From: the human T2T-CHM13v2.0 reference genome, Homo sapiens
Reading direction: 5' to 3' (one strand)
Length of the DNA: 64,000 bases
Assembly (NCBI RefSeq): GCF_009914755.1
Contig: NC_060931.1
How positions within the stretch are numbered: position 1 is the stretch's first letter; each line of letters starts with the position of its first letter. A program made the position numbers and the translations under genes. The notes under the pieces were generated by a model that was given only the letters and a program-made list of their open reading frames with translations, did no database searches and was not told the origin of the DNA. This document shows, piece by piece, positions 15,575 to 33,915 of this stretch.

Positions 15575-15770
15575 GGTGGTAATTCTAATGGCTGGCATTT
15601 ATGGAATGTGTGCTACCCACCTGGCTTGGACCTGAGCACAGTGCATTCACTATTTTATTTGATTCTCATGAAGGGGGTGAAAATGCTATCTTCATTTTAC
15701 AGATGAAAAGAAGGACACACAGGAATTGAATTAACTTGACCAGTTTATCCAGCAGCTGAGTTGAAATGCT
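15575..15770 (-). mobile_element. MIR
   Basis: 'cttcattttacagatgaaaag...aacttgacc' reverse MIR core. Confidence 0.6.
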
Positions 15771-15843
15771 GCAAAATACAATATATAGAGTGACCACATT
15801 AGAAGGAAAGCAGGGCTGGTAAAGAAAAGAGCCCATTCCCTGC

Positions 15844-16145
15844 CGGCCGCGGTGGCTCATGCCTGTAATCCCAGCACTTTGGGAGGCCGAGGTGGGAGGA
15901 TCACGAGGTCAGGAGATCGAAACCATCCTGGCTAACACGGTGAAACCCCCTCTCTACTAAAAATGCAAAACAAATTAGCCAGGTGTGGTGGCGGGCACCT
16001 GTAGTCCCAGCTACTTGGGAGGCTGAGGCAGGAGAATCACTTGAACCCAGAGAGGCGGAGCTTGCAGTGAGTTGAGATCGTGCCACTGTGCTCCAGCCTG
16101 GGCTACAAAGCGAGACTCTGTCTCAAAAAAAAAAAAAAAAAAAAA
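15844..16145 (+). mobile_element. Alu (AluY/Sc-like)
   Basis: 'gagatcgaaaccatcctggctaacacgg'; TSD agagcccattccc. Confidence 0.92.
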
Positions 16146-16625
16146 CCAGAGCCCATTCCCACAGTGGTTAATAAGGGTCATATTCAAAACACTGAACAAT
16201 CAGTATGGAACCAGCACTGGCCCGCCATGGGGCCAGTGGGCACCCACTGTGATTGGTCTGTGTTTATCAGCTGAACATCTGCCCCAGTATGAGCAGGCAG
16301 CCAGCATCTTGTCAAGTATTTTGGAGTGAAGCTAAGACTCCTTGACAATAGCACAATAAAGATCTAGTTTCTTGAAATGAATTTTGAACAAGAACTAAAT
16401 AAAGACTGAGCATCTCTACTTGGTTTTATTTTATTTAGGGATACTCATTAACTCCTCCATTCAATCAGTAAGCATGTATTGAGTACCGCCTGCATGCCAG
16501 GCAGTGCTGTAAGTGCCTAGAATACAATCGTGAGCAAAAAGAGACAAAAACCCTTGCCCTTATGGAGTTTGCATTCTAGTGAAGAGAGAAAAACATTAAC
16601 AAGAAGAGTAATAAACATCGAATCT

Positions 16626-17272
<647 letters not shown>

Positions 17273-17644
17273 CCATTTTTGAAAGAGATGTATGTTACAC
17301 AAAATAGAATAGGGACAGGTGGGTTAAGAATGCTGGGAGGAGGGGCAGGGCCCAAGGAAAAAGTGACATTTGAGCACATTCTTAATAAGTCAAGGGTTGG
17401 CCATGTAGCAACCTAGAAGAACATCTGTTCTGGACACTGGAAACCACCAATGACAGTCCTAAGGAAAAATCAGTATCTGCAGAGTTTGACATATGATGGG
17501 GAAGAGAGGAGGATACAGTAAAGCCAATAAGACAGGGGGAAAAAAAAGGAACAGAAAAGGAACAGAGTATGGAATCCTAGAATCCACATGATGGGGTTCA
17601 ACTCAAAGTTCCCCCACATTCTGAACAAGCTTTTTTAAATGTGT

Positions 17645-17928
17645 ATTTATTTTTAAATTTATTTTTATTTGTAGAGACAGGGTCTTGCTCTGTCACCCAG
17701 AAGTGCACCAGCAGGATCGTAGCTCACAGCAGTCTCAAACTCCTGGGTTCAACTGATCCTCCTACCTTGGCCTCTTGAGTAGCTGGGACTGAAGGTGCAC
17801 ACCACCATGCCCGGCTAATCTTTGTATTTTTGGTAGAGACTGAGTTTGGTTGTGTTGCCCAGGCTGGTCTCGAACTCCAGAGCTCCAGTGAGCTTCCTGC
17901 TTCAGCCTCCCAAAGTGCTGTGATTACA
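17645..17928 (-). mobile_element. Alu (AluJ-like), 5'-truncated; donor of the inverted copy at 18600
   Basis: Alu body with private variants also present in the inverted copy. Confidence 0.88.
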
Positions 17929-17962
17929 AACGTTCTGAGTCTTGTTTCCTTGCCAGTCAAAT

Positions 17963-18524
17963 TGAAACCAATCCAGTAGTCCTATAAACCGGTTTTTTTC
18001 TTTCTTTCTTTCTTTTTCTTTTTTCTTTTTTTTTTTTTTTTTTTTTTTTTTTTGATAAACAGAGAAATTGACCTTCTGGTATTAAATCTTGAATCTTACA
18101 GTTGTTTTATTTGAGTTCCTTCCCCAGGAAATGACCCTCAGGCCTCTCAAAAAGTATCAAAGAACTGAAACTCACATCACCACATCCAGAAAAATAGATG
18201 CCAGACCTCTCACTCATCATGATTGCTTCCTTATTCCTCCCTAATACTTGTTTTCCTAACAAACCACCTGCTTCTTGTTGACCAGCTCCACTTCCTTACC
18301 CCTCCCTAGTTCCAGTTTTCCCACACATGGTTACATTTCTTCCCTGCTATATAAACGCTTAATTCTAGTTGGTCAAGAAGATGAGTTTGAAACTGATCTC
18401 CCATATCCTCAGCTGCAGCACCCGATTAAAGCCTTCTCCTTTGGCAATAATTGTCATCTCAGTGATTGGCTTTCTGCATGGCGAGCAGCGGAACCTAGAC
18501 CAAACCCCCGGCATTTCAATAGCA
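17963..18524 (+). mobile_element. ERV1 MER4-group solo LTR (MER39-like, tentative) inserted in a MIR
   Basis: TG...CA ends, TATAAA box, ATTAAA poly(A) signal, 4-bp TSD AAAT (17959-17962, 18525-18528). Confidence 0.85.
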
Positions 18525-18599
18525 AAATGAGACTGATAATTATGGCTGCTCACAGGTTCTTATTAAGATTAAATGTATCAATATGTGTAAAGTGCTTTG

Positions 18600-19135
18600 C
18601 TCCATTTCTACCCAAAATACAAAGATTAGCTGACCATGGTGATGTGCAACTGGAGTCCCAGCTACTCAAGAGGCCAAGGCAGGAGGATCACTTGAACCCA
18701 GGAGTTTGAGACTACAGCAAGCTATGATCCTGCCACTGCTCTTCTAGTCGACAGAGTGAGACCCTGTCTCTAAAAATAAAATAAATAAATACAAATTTTA
18801 AAAGAGCTTGTTCAGAATGTGGGGGAGTTTTGACTTGAACCCCATGATTCTAAGATTCCATACTATTCCTTTTTTCTTATCTCACTGGCTTTGCTGTATC
18901 CTCCTCTCTTCCCCATCATATGGCAAATTCTGCAGATACTGATTTTACCTTCTGTTGGCTGTTTCCAATGTCCCAAACAGATGCTCTTCCAGGTAGCTGC
19001 ATGGCAAACCCTTGATGTATAAGGGTTTGCTCAAATGTCTCCCTGTTTACCCAGCCTGCATGGCCCTTCAAGGATCCAGGAAAGAGGTATGATTTGCCCA
19101 GTATCCCAGGTCACTGCTGTCCATAAAACAAGAAG
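18600..19135. repeat. Composite local duplication: inverted copy of 17365-17844 plus direct copy of 19526-19614
   Basis: Alignment by eye; about 91% identity in ungapped blocks; TTTG on both flanks. Confidence 0.9.
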
Positions 19136-20569
19136 TTTGAATGTGTGTCGGCAGGCAGTGACTCCTCAGAGGATCCGCTACACCAGGGCTCTTGCCCATA
19201 TCACCTAACCCCATGGTTACCTCTCTGTCCCGTTCCTGAGGGGCAGGGGCTTTTCTTACTTAACCCTAAACCTCCAGACCCTTGATTAGGACCTGGCATG
19301 AAGTAAGCTTTTAGGGAGGGGTTGTTGAATAGGGGACCCAGGTAGAATTGTAACTCTAAGCCTTAATGGTGCAAGTCCTTAGCTGTTCCATTGAGAGACA
19401 TAAGCTCTCTCTAAAGGTGAGAGTTGGGTCAGGCATCTCTGGACCTTAGTCTTAGAGGCAGGAGACACGTAGCCAGGGAGGTGGAAGAACAACCAGAAAT
19501 AGACACCAACCTGAAGGGCTCTACATTTACCGAGGCTGCAGGGCCCTTCAAGGATCCAGGAAAGAGGTATGATTTGCCCAGTTTCTGGGGTCACTGTTGT
19601 CCATAAAACAAGAAAAGCCAGAGCCTGGAAATGCTCTCTCCTTCCTCTGGGTCTGCAGAATGTGACTCCCGCCAGCCTCACATCCCTGCCCAGACAGAGA
19701 TGCGCCATGAGGAGCTAGAATTCAGCTCATGCCTCATTCATGGGATTTCTCTATTTTGAGTGACAAAAAACAGGCTTTTTTTTTTTTTTTTTCCTGGAAG
19801 CCTAAATCTGCTTTTCATGTATCTCTGTCCTCAAATGGCCTAGGGACAACTGGGCTTGTGTGTTAAATAGAACAGGAGGAGCAAAATAAAATCTATGTTT
19901 ACTGGGTGGCTCCCTTAACCCTCTCATAAGAGGTGACATGGTTTCTGCACAGCCTCCCAGGTGCAAGGCTTGGGCAGGAGGCAACTTGGGAGCTGCCGCT
20001 AATTCCTCAGCCTCTCTAGCAGCCAATTTTAGTCCAACTCCTTGATTTAATTACACTCCTGTGTACAATAGGAAGCTTGCATTCTCCTATATGCAATGAA
20101 TATTAAACTGATAGACCTGTAATTTCCTCCATCAGGCACACTCCCATTTTTGCATATTGATGCCACATTTAGTTTGTTATTTTCTAATTTTCCATCCTTC
20201 TGGTCCTGTGCTTAGCACCTTCTTCCATAATAATTTCTAGCACCTTCTCCCCATAGTAATTCCTGGCAGCAAACACACGCACACTGCCTTATTTCCCTAA
20301 CCATGTGACTCCTCCCAGGCAGGAAGTAACACACTCTTGAGTGCCCTGAGCTTCCAACAGGTTTGCTTTGTCAACACCCTTTTATATCTGTCACAGCGAC
20401 AGGGAGAGTTCTGGGTTCTGGTCTTTCATTGGAGGCCACACAGCTACAAAGAGTCAAGGAAAGACTCTAAGGAATGGATCTGCAGATGGGATTCTGAGGA
20501 CAAAGGGGGAGATTGGAGACATGTACATGGGTGTTTGATTATTGGGCGCTGTGCAGACCCCATTAGAGG

Positions 20570-20983
20570 TGTTAGTCAGTCCTCACATTGCTATAAAGAA
20601 ATACTTGAGACTGGGTAATTTATAAGGAAAAGAGGTTTAACTGGCTCACAGTTCTGCAGGCTGTACAGGAAGCATAGTGGCTTCTGATCTGCTTCTGGGG
20701 AGTCCACAGGAAACTTACAGTCATGGCAGAAGTGAAGGGGAAGCTGGCACTTCACTTGCCTGGAGCAGGAGGAAGAGAGAGAGGAGGGAGGTGCTACACA
20801 CTTTTAAACAGCCAGATCTCATGAGAACTCACTATCGCAAGGACAGGACCAAGGGGGTCATGGTGTTAAACCATGAGAAACTGCCCCTATGATCCAATCA
20901 CCTCCCACCAGGGCCCACTTCCAGCACTGGGAGTTATATTTCAACATGAGATTTCAGTAGGGACACAGATCCAAACCATATCA
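20570..20983 (-). mobile_element. MaLR solo LTR (MSTA-like)
   Basis: 'ttgctataaagaaatacttgagactggg...gatccaaaccatatca'; TSD agagg/ggagg. Confidence 0.9.
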
Positions 20984-22445
20984 GGAGGTATACGCAGAAC
21001 AAAGCCTGTGCACCATTACCTTTCTAAAATAGAATAAATTTGAAATACTGCAAGAGACTTTGCTGCAAGGAACCATAGCCAGCCTTGCTACTTCCATTTT
21101 ATAAGAGCAGGACCTTGTTCAAGATAAGGGTTCGAAGGAGCACTACTTTAAGAATCCAGGTTTTTCTGACTCCTGGGACAATGCTCATTTCATGCTACAT
21201 GGTGGAAGTGATGGGAAAACTGATGGATGGAACATCAGAGCTAGCCTTCCCCTTGACGTTCCTCCTGCCAGAAGATGGTGGGTACCCCTATGGTATTTGG
21301 AGGGCAGCAACCAATCACCAAGAACTGAACAGGAATGGTCATCTGGAGCAGGCAGGAGCCTCCAGTAAAACACTGCCTGGCTCACACATGTCCTTTCCCG
21401 GCAACAGTTTGTGATTTTTGGACTTCCTTGTCTTTATTCCTTCTTAGTACCCTCCTCCCATTTCTCTGGAATGTTGTTCCACAGGCAGCCCACTTTTGGC
21501 TTGAGCCAGCTTGGTCTCTGGACTTCCAAATCTTGTTCTTTGATTCCATGTCAATTTCCTTTTAGTTCTGATTTAATTTTGTCCTAACTCCTTGATTTGT
21601 TCTTACCCAAAACCTTCTCCTAGCACCACCATGGGCTCTGGCTTCTTCCTTCCCAGGAGTCTGCTTCTTTTGTCCATTCCACACATACTTCAGTGGTCCC
21701 CTAGGCATGGCACAGAGCTAGAATTTACTTGTACCGGCCTGGTTTCAGGCTCATGCTTCAGCCAAATCCAAGGTCTCTTGCTAACCATGATTAGCTTCTC
21801 CTCCAAAGAACGGACAGAGGAAAAAAGAGGAAGCTCAGAACCAGTCCATGCAGGCACCTTTGCCTTCATCTCCCAATAGTCCCTCTTTGTGTTCAACCAT
21901 TTGGACACATTTGTTTAACCTGCTTGGTTCTCAAAGAAATTATCCGTTCATTGGTCTGGTGGCTGTTGATAAGCAGATGTACTCCCAGGACTACTCATCC
22001 ATGTAAGATGTGGGATAACATGACCAGGAGCTCCCAACCCGTTGAGGGTGGGCACCATGCACATTTCATTAATAACAGTTCTCATTCACACAGTCATTCA
22101 TTAAAACGATTGGGGAACCAAAAACAAGCAAACTCCAGGGATACCTGAATCTCCATAGAAGCATGTCTCACTTGATAAATCTTCCCTGATCAAGTGTTTT
22201 TATTATGTATCCTAACTGAGGTTTACCAACACACAGCCACCATTTCCATTTATCAAGTTTAACAATAAACATAAATGGACATTTTAACATAGATGCATCC
22301 CTTTTGATGAGATCCCTTTCTTTGAAAGTCACATGACTTTTGATGCATCCCTTTCTTTGAAAGTCACGTGAAAAGTAGGTCATTTATCCTATTGAAATTA
22401 TAATCTTAATTTATTGAGAGTGATGTGCTAAAGACAGTGCATTAT

Positions 22446-23277
22446 TGATAGGAACAGGAGGCAGGAAAATTCTAGGCAGAAGAGGGTGGGTCCCCAGCAA
22501 GGGTCCCACCCTCAAGCCTGGAACTGCAGCCCAAAGTGAGAACTTTACATCCCTGGTTTCCCACTTGAATGTTGCCTTTTCCAAAATCACTCATGGCCCT
22601 CCCTCCCTGCCCCCCCATCCTGTGCCCATAAAAACTCCAGGTTGTGCCAACAGAAAGGAAAAAAGAGAAGAAACAGCTGCGCGTTGGAGACTACAGTACG
22701 ATGTCAGAGAGAGGCAGCTTGACTTCAGAGGCATGGTTTGATAGCGTTGCTCCAGGGGAAGATCACCTTCCCTCTCCATCCCCTTTCCAGCTCCCCTTCC
22801 CACTGAGATCCACTTTCATCAACAATAAAATCCTCTGTATTCACCACCCTTCAATTCATTCGTGCAGCAAGAGCTCAGGTGCCACAGGTGCAGATACTAA
22901 AGGCTGTCACCCTGACACTCTGCCCTCGCTGGTGGAGAGCAACCACCTCACACAAATGAGCTGTTTAACACTTAAGCCATCCGTGGATGGAAAAGCTAAA
23001 AGGGCACCATAACATACACCCTCTGGGGCTTTGGGAGTCGTGGGTACTACACCTCAGATGCTGCTGTGGGGACTGCGTGGAGTTTCGCTCCTGCCAGTGC
23101 CCAAAGGCAATTGTCACAGCTCTTGCCCCCACTCACCTATGTGCTGCCTCCTGTGAGGGATTGAGCACAAAGAGTTCCAGTGAGTGGAACCCTGTCGACA
23201 ACCAAGCAGCTGGCTAGCTCCAGCACCCACACTCCAGTTCCCTCCCACGAAGGGGTCAAGGAAAAATTTCTGCTTCC
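22446..23277 (+). mobile_element. ERV1 solo LTR (LTR1 family) inserted in a minus-strand MIR
   Basis: 'tgataggaacaggaggcagg...ccaccctcaagcctgg'; 4-bp TSD TTAT; MIR resumes 'ctcatttaatcctcacaaca'. Confidence 0.8.
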
Positions 23278-24388
23278 TTATCTCATTTAATCCTCACAAC
23301 ACCTTCTATAAGGTAGGTATTATTTTTATTTCTGTTTCGTATATTAGAAAACTGAATTTCATATATGATCAATGATTTGCCCAGGTGCCACTAGTACCAA
23401 GTGGCATGAAGGACATTTAAACCCAGATTTTTCTCATCTAAAACCTGTGCTCTTAACCACTCTGCCGGAAAGACATCTGGATGGGAGCCAGCTGATAGTA
23501 GAGACCTACCACCCCATTCCAGGACAGCCTGCAGCAAGGCTGACAGAGTCTAGAGCACAGCTCAACTTAAATACAAGAGGCTTCATTTCCAAAGGTCCTG
23601 ACACCTGCTGATCAAACTTTTAGAGTCAGTGGCCATTCCATTCTTACTCCCAGAGGCAAGTCTACAAGGAAAGCCACTCTCCCCTTTGTGACCACATGGG
23701 GCACCTAGAACCAGTCAGAGACCCGGGTGCTCTTCAGGTCACAGTTGCCTACTTTGGTGGCCTAGGGTCTCTCGCTTTAAGAAGAAATTGATCAAGCAGC
23801 CCACAGAATTCTTCTCCCTAGACAGAGCACATTCTTTCATCAGTTCTGACAAGCTCTGGCTCACGGACTTCCCCTTTCTAGACTGGACTCAAATGTCTTT
23901 CTATTATTAGGGTCTTTGTTTGGACAAACGAGGAGTGATTTGTGAGGGTGAGGCTGGCTTTTCTTCGCATGTTTGTCCTGAGCACACTCTGGCCACCCCG
24001 ATTAGACCAAAAGATGAGCCGATCTGATGGGATTGTCTAGAGGTCCCCGAATCCCCTTAGCAACACGTTTATAAAAGCTCTTAGAATAGATTACATCTGC
24101 AGCTGACTAATTCCATCCATTATGTGTTGATTCACACTGGCTCCACTTGCAGGAAGATCTTTCCTCTGTGAGCATCAATTATCTCGCCTAAAAAATGGGG
24201 ATAATTATTGAGGAGGATGATATCAATGACGATGATGATCATGATTACTGGCCTGTTTCATAAGATTGCTGTGAAGATAAGCAAAGTAATGCACATGAAA
24301 ATATAAACTGTAAAGTGCCAAATTGAGTAGAAGTCGATTATCCAACAGACTGTATGATAAAATAGAGCAAACACTGGACTAGGAGCGA

Positions 24389-24468
24389 TTATGTTGGTGC
24401 AAACTGTGGTTTTTGCCATTTATTTAAAAGTAATGGCAAAAGCTGCGATTACTTTTGCACCAATCTAA
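24389..24468. mobile_element. MADE1 (Hsmar1-derived MITE)
   Basis: 80-bp palindrome ttatgttggtgcaaa...ttttgcaccaatctaa with mariner TIRs. Confidence 0.9.
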
Positions 24469-25449
24469 TGTATTGCATATTATTTCCAAGGCCAGACACG
24501 TATCTTAATATGGCAGGAGGGGCATTTTTCCATCTGGCAAGAGGAAGTAATAATCCTTGCCTTTCCTACTATCAGAACTATTGTACAACCCAAGTGAATA
24601 TTCTTGAAAGTTATTTGTAAACTGTAAAGTCCTGTGCGGTCATACAAGATAACCAAATTCACCAAAGAAGTTTCTAACATGAAGAAATCATACAGCAAAT
24701 CCTTAGGTAAAGCCAAAAAAAATTTTAGACTCAGTATGATTCCTAAGTCCAGAACACGCTGAGATTTTCTTCTTAAACCTGCTCAAATGAATTTGCCACA
24801 TGCCCATACTGAGGCTAACATTATTCAAAAGCTTTTTGTTGAAGGCATGAATGAAGGAAGGAAAGAATGATGCCAGATGCAATGAAGACATGGCTGTATT
24901 CTTATAGCACCACGTTCAGGTGATGTTTTTAAATTTCCCCATATAATTAGCTTCACAGGCTCTCACCAGGCAACATAAATCTTTATTGGTACTATTAAGG
25001 GTATCTGAATTAATGAAAAATCACTCCTACTACAAAGTTTTATTAAGAAGTGTGACACGTGTTATATAGTGTTTCTGTTAATTGAGCATCGAGTGAGTGA
25101 AATACATACGGGCACTGAGAATTGACTAGGCAAGCAGTCAAGACGTGGAGGCGCATTCACTCCTGCGTTCAGTCTCACAGCTGTCCTGGGTTTCTGCCCC
25201 CACTACGTGCCCCGAGCTCTGCAGGCTGGAAGGAAAACCCTGCCAGCTTCCCTTAGGGTCAAGCTGCCGTCTCTTCTCTCCATCCGTAATAAATCCAGCC
25301 CTTCAGTTACCATCTTAATTTATCGAGTGCTATGTGCCTCATAATGCAGTATCTCATTTAATCTGTACTAGACCCCCCCCACCCCACAACGGAGGTACTA
25401 TTTTTGTTTCCATTTTACACGTTAGGAAATTGGGTTTCATATAAGATGA

Positions 25450-25950
<501 letters not shown>

Positions 25951-26924
25951 GGAAAGTTATAATCACATGCTAAATGTTGCCTGCTCATTCTGCCATTGGT
26001 AAAATCCTATCTCTTCATCTCAGCAGCAAAGAAAGCCTTCACTGTTTGGTTTCTTGGGTGTCTGGCATTCTGCATTTCTTACCTTAGTCAGGGCACTCTT
26101 CCTTGTCCCACTTCGAGTCCCACAAAGACATCTCTTCCTGCTCAGTCCTCTGAATCCTATGCCTTGTGGTCCAACATCCCTATATTACAGTATGCTCTTC
26201 TCAGAGTATATTTCTGGCCTTACCTTAACACTGTAAAAATTAATGGACTGGAAATGTGCGTTCAGCTCTCAAAGAACTTCTCTTAAAAAGCTTCAGTCAA
26301 TGAAAGCCAATTTCAATGGTGAAAATGATGACTAGCTTGGATGATGACCAATTCAGATAATTGGCCATAGACCTCTAATCTCGCTGGCCTCCTCTGTCAC
26401 TCAGCAGGGAACTTGCTGATCATTCCATCAATACATTTATTTTGTCAGCTGTCACTACGCGGCGCCCACATGTCTCAGCTGGGTGACTTAGGCTGAGAAA
26501 TGGAAACCTGCCAATATCAGAATCATTTCATCCCTATCACGTGCCTTTCTTGTTGTATGGATTTTCAATGAACTTCTGCCTGGCTTGGCAAATCTAAGCC
26601 ATGACCTTGCTTTTAGCTGCTGGGTTCCTTTAATTGTTACTATCAATTCCAAACATAGTGACTTGAGTCACTATGTTTCTAAACTGTCTAAGCTCTGTAA
26701 GTTCTACCTGTAAGATTTCTACTCTATTCGGTCCAGCAGTCTGCCTCAAAAGCACACATACATACACACATACACACATATACATATACTCAGCCAACAT
26801 CACTTAGAACTGGTTATTTCTTCTCAGCAGGGAACACATGTGTGTACCCACTTTGATCTGTTTATATATGATTTTTCATGCACAATTTTTTCTTACTCCT
26901 GTCATAATGAAAGCTCAAGTGAAT

Positions 26925-27231
<307 letters not shown>

Positions 27232-28011
27232 TAAATTCTTGAAAATGTTTAATAAATAAACTATTGCCTGTTCAACACTGAGCCTTAAGATTCCCAAACC
27301 AGAACCTATGAGTTCCTGGAATATTGGACTTTGTTTTAAGAAATGAGGCCAAACAGTCTAAAAACAAACAAACAAACAACCAAAAACCTTTCTCACAGAA
27401 AATCCACTTCTTATTTCATCATAATCCCAGAAATGAAATGAGAACATTACACATCTCACGAGAATGTGATCATGAAATTGCCTATCCCACACATGATTAG
27501 CGATCCCCCACTGTCCCCTTCCTTTATAGAGCCCTTGCCTGCTGATCTCCAGAAAAAAAACAGCATTTCTGAGCATTGCACTAACTGAAGTGATTGTACT
27601 AACTAAAGTGATGCTTTTAGCATTTAACTGATGCTAAAAGTATTGCACTAACTAAAGTTGTTTTTTCTATGGGATTGCAGGCAGCTCACAAAGACATGGA
27701 AAGGGAGAGAATGTGAAATTTTAAGCCAGATAGACATTCAAACCCAGCTCTAGGACTCTATGATCTTAGACATGTTTCGTCGTCTGTGTAAGGGGAATAA
27801 GGATTGGAAGGACAGTGAGGTTTATGGTAATGATGCACAGATGTAAAGCCCCAGTATTGAGCCTGTTATCTAGAAGTTCCTCAAAGACATGTGCTGTTCC
27901 TGCTGCTACTAATATTATCGTACCAGCTTAGCCATTAACCAAGTATAGAGGCAATAACACTTCAAGCTTATCATGAAATAATCCTTCAACTCCTAATCCC
28001 TCTCAAAATAA

Positions 28012-28398
<387 letters not shown>

Positions 28399-28429
28399 TA
28401 GTATCATAATCATGATTTTACACTAAAAA

Positions 28430-29130
<701 letters not shown>

Positions 29131-29440
29131 ACCTGGTTTGTCTAGTCCCCTCCACCACAGTCAGGTCAAGGGCCAGCTGGCTTAAATAAACCCTGGCCAT
29201 TTTGTCTCTCCTTCCTTCGTTTAACCCAAAATTCAAAACTTCAGTGTAGATATTCCAGATAGCTGAGCTTAGATCAGGTGCCTACCCAGGCTCTGCCAGG
29301 AATAAGGGACATCGAATCTGGAGGAAGGCATCCTCAGAGACTCCTGCACTGACCACATCTTTGGCATGTGAAAGGTAGAATCCCAAAGGGAAACTAGGGT
29401 GCTGCTGACACAGGTATACTATAAAAAAACTCCCTTTTCT

Positions 29441-31040
<1,600 letters not shown>

Positions 31041-31940
31041 GAACATTGCTTTGCAAAAAAAAAAAAAAAAATTGCAGTAATGTTCTCCTTCTGGCCAGTT
31101 CTTATTTCATGCCTCCAGTGAAAGCCAAAAACATAACGTTAAATTGCTGGCATCTCTGCATGAATCCAGAGGAAGAGAGGCCAAGTGTACAGATTGCTGG
31201 GGAGCTCACTTGATACTGGAATGGAGCATCAAAAAATTTGCAGTTAATACAGTGTTTCTCAGACCATCTCCTTAGGATCTCAGTGGTTTCCAACAAGCCT
31301 ACCTATTGTCAGGAACTGGAAAACTGACAAATCAGAATGGCATTGCTGGTGATCCTTGCATTCTAAATGTGGGAATACATGAATGCATGAACTTTTCAAT
31401 TAATTGCATTTGAGGCCCCCAAGTTTCTATAGTTAAACATCGGGATGGTGGAATTTTTGCCCCTTTCCCATCTCTGCCTTTCTTTTTTAAGTTCTTCTGA
31501 AAAGAACTAGAAAGTGTTATCGAACCATCCCTACCTCCCCACTCTACTCAAAGATGTGAGCAATTATTCTCCATCAGAAATGGTATCTGGGACAGATGTG
31601 AGACAACCTAGATCCTGGAATTTAAAATGATCTTATAGTCTTTTACTGAAAGTGGAAGTGGATAATTTAGGAAATGTATTTTTGGAAATGCTGTAAATGC
31701 AGAAAAAAAGTTAAGCAGATAGATAACACATCAAACTTGAATTATCAACACCTTATTAGTCTATGAAAACCCTCACTAAGCTGTCAGAGCCCCAGGAGAA
31801 GTAGATTTTTTTTCCAGGTATTGCAATTGTCCTGGTGGGAGTGAATTCAGCAAAGGAAATAATGTACCATATGTCTAGCATAGTCAGTGTTTATATTTAC
31901 GCTGAATCGTCAATTACAGGTTTATTCCCTTTTCATCTTG

Positions 31941-32049
31941 CCTCTTAACCTTCTGAAAGAAGAAAAGATAAGTTCCAGGGAAAATTTGTGAACAGGATTA
32001 TCAAGCAGATGTTGCCCTAAGTCTCATATTTGAAGATATCTAAGAACAT
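31941..32049 (+). repeat. 109-bp segment duplicated at 34331-34439
   Basis: 106/109 identical, ungapped. Confidence 0.95.
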
Positions 32050-32234
32050 TCACCAAAGCCTCACCTTCCTTGTCACTGTGATCAGACATGTTCATTACCA
32101 TCCTTGGGGCTTAGGTCTCTGAGACGCCCCCACAGAATTTCTAGTGGCTTCTTGTTACCCAGGGCCAGGACACACAATGCATGATCATGCAAAACAGTAG
32201 CACAAACTAATGCTCACTCACAAAGCATCTCTGA

Positions 32235-33915
<1,681 letters not shown>

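Noticed and set aside
20212-20266. ~26-bp tandem duplication (also a 10-bp triplication near 33045)
   Set aside because: Ordinary slippage duplications with no associated motif or structure
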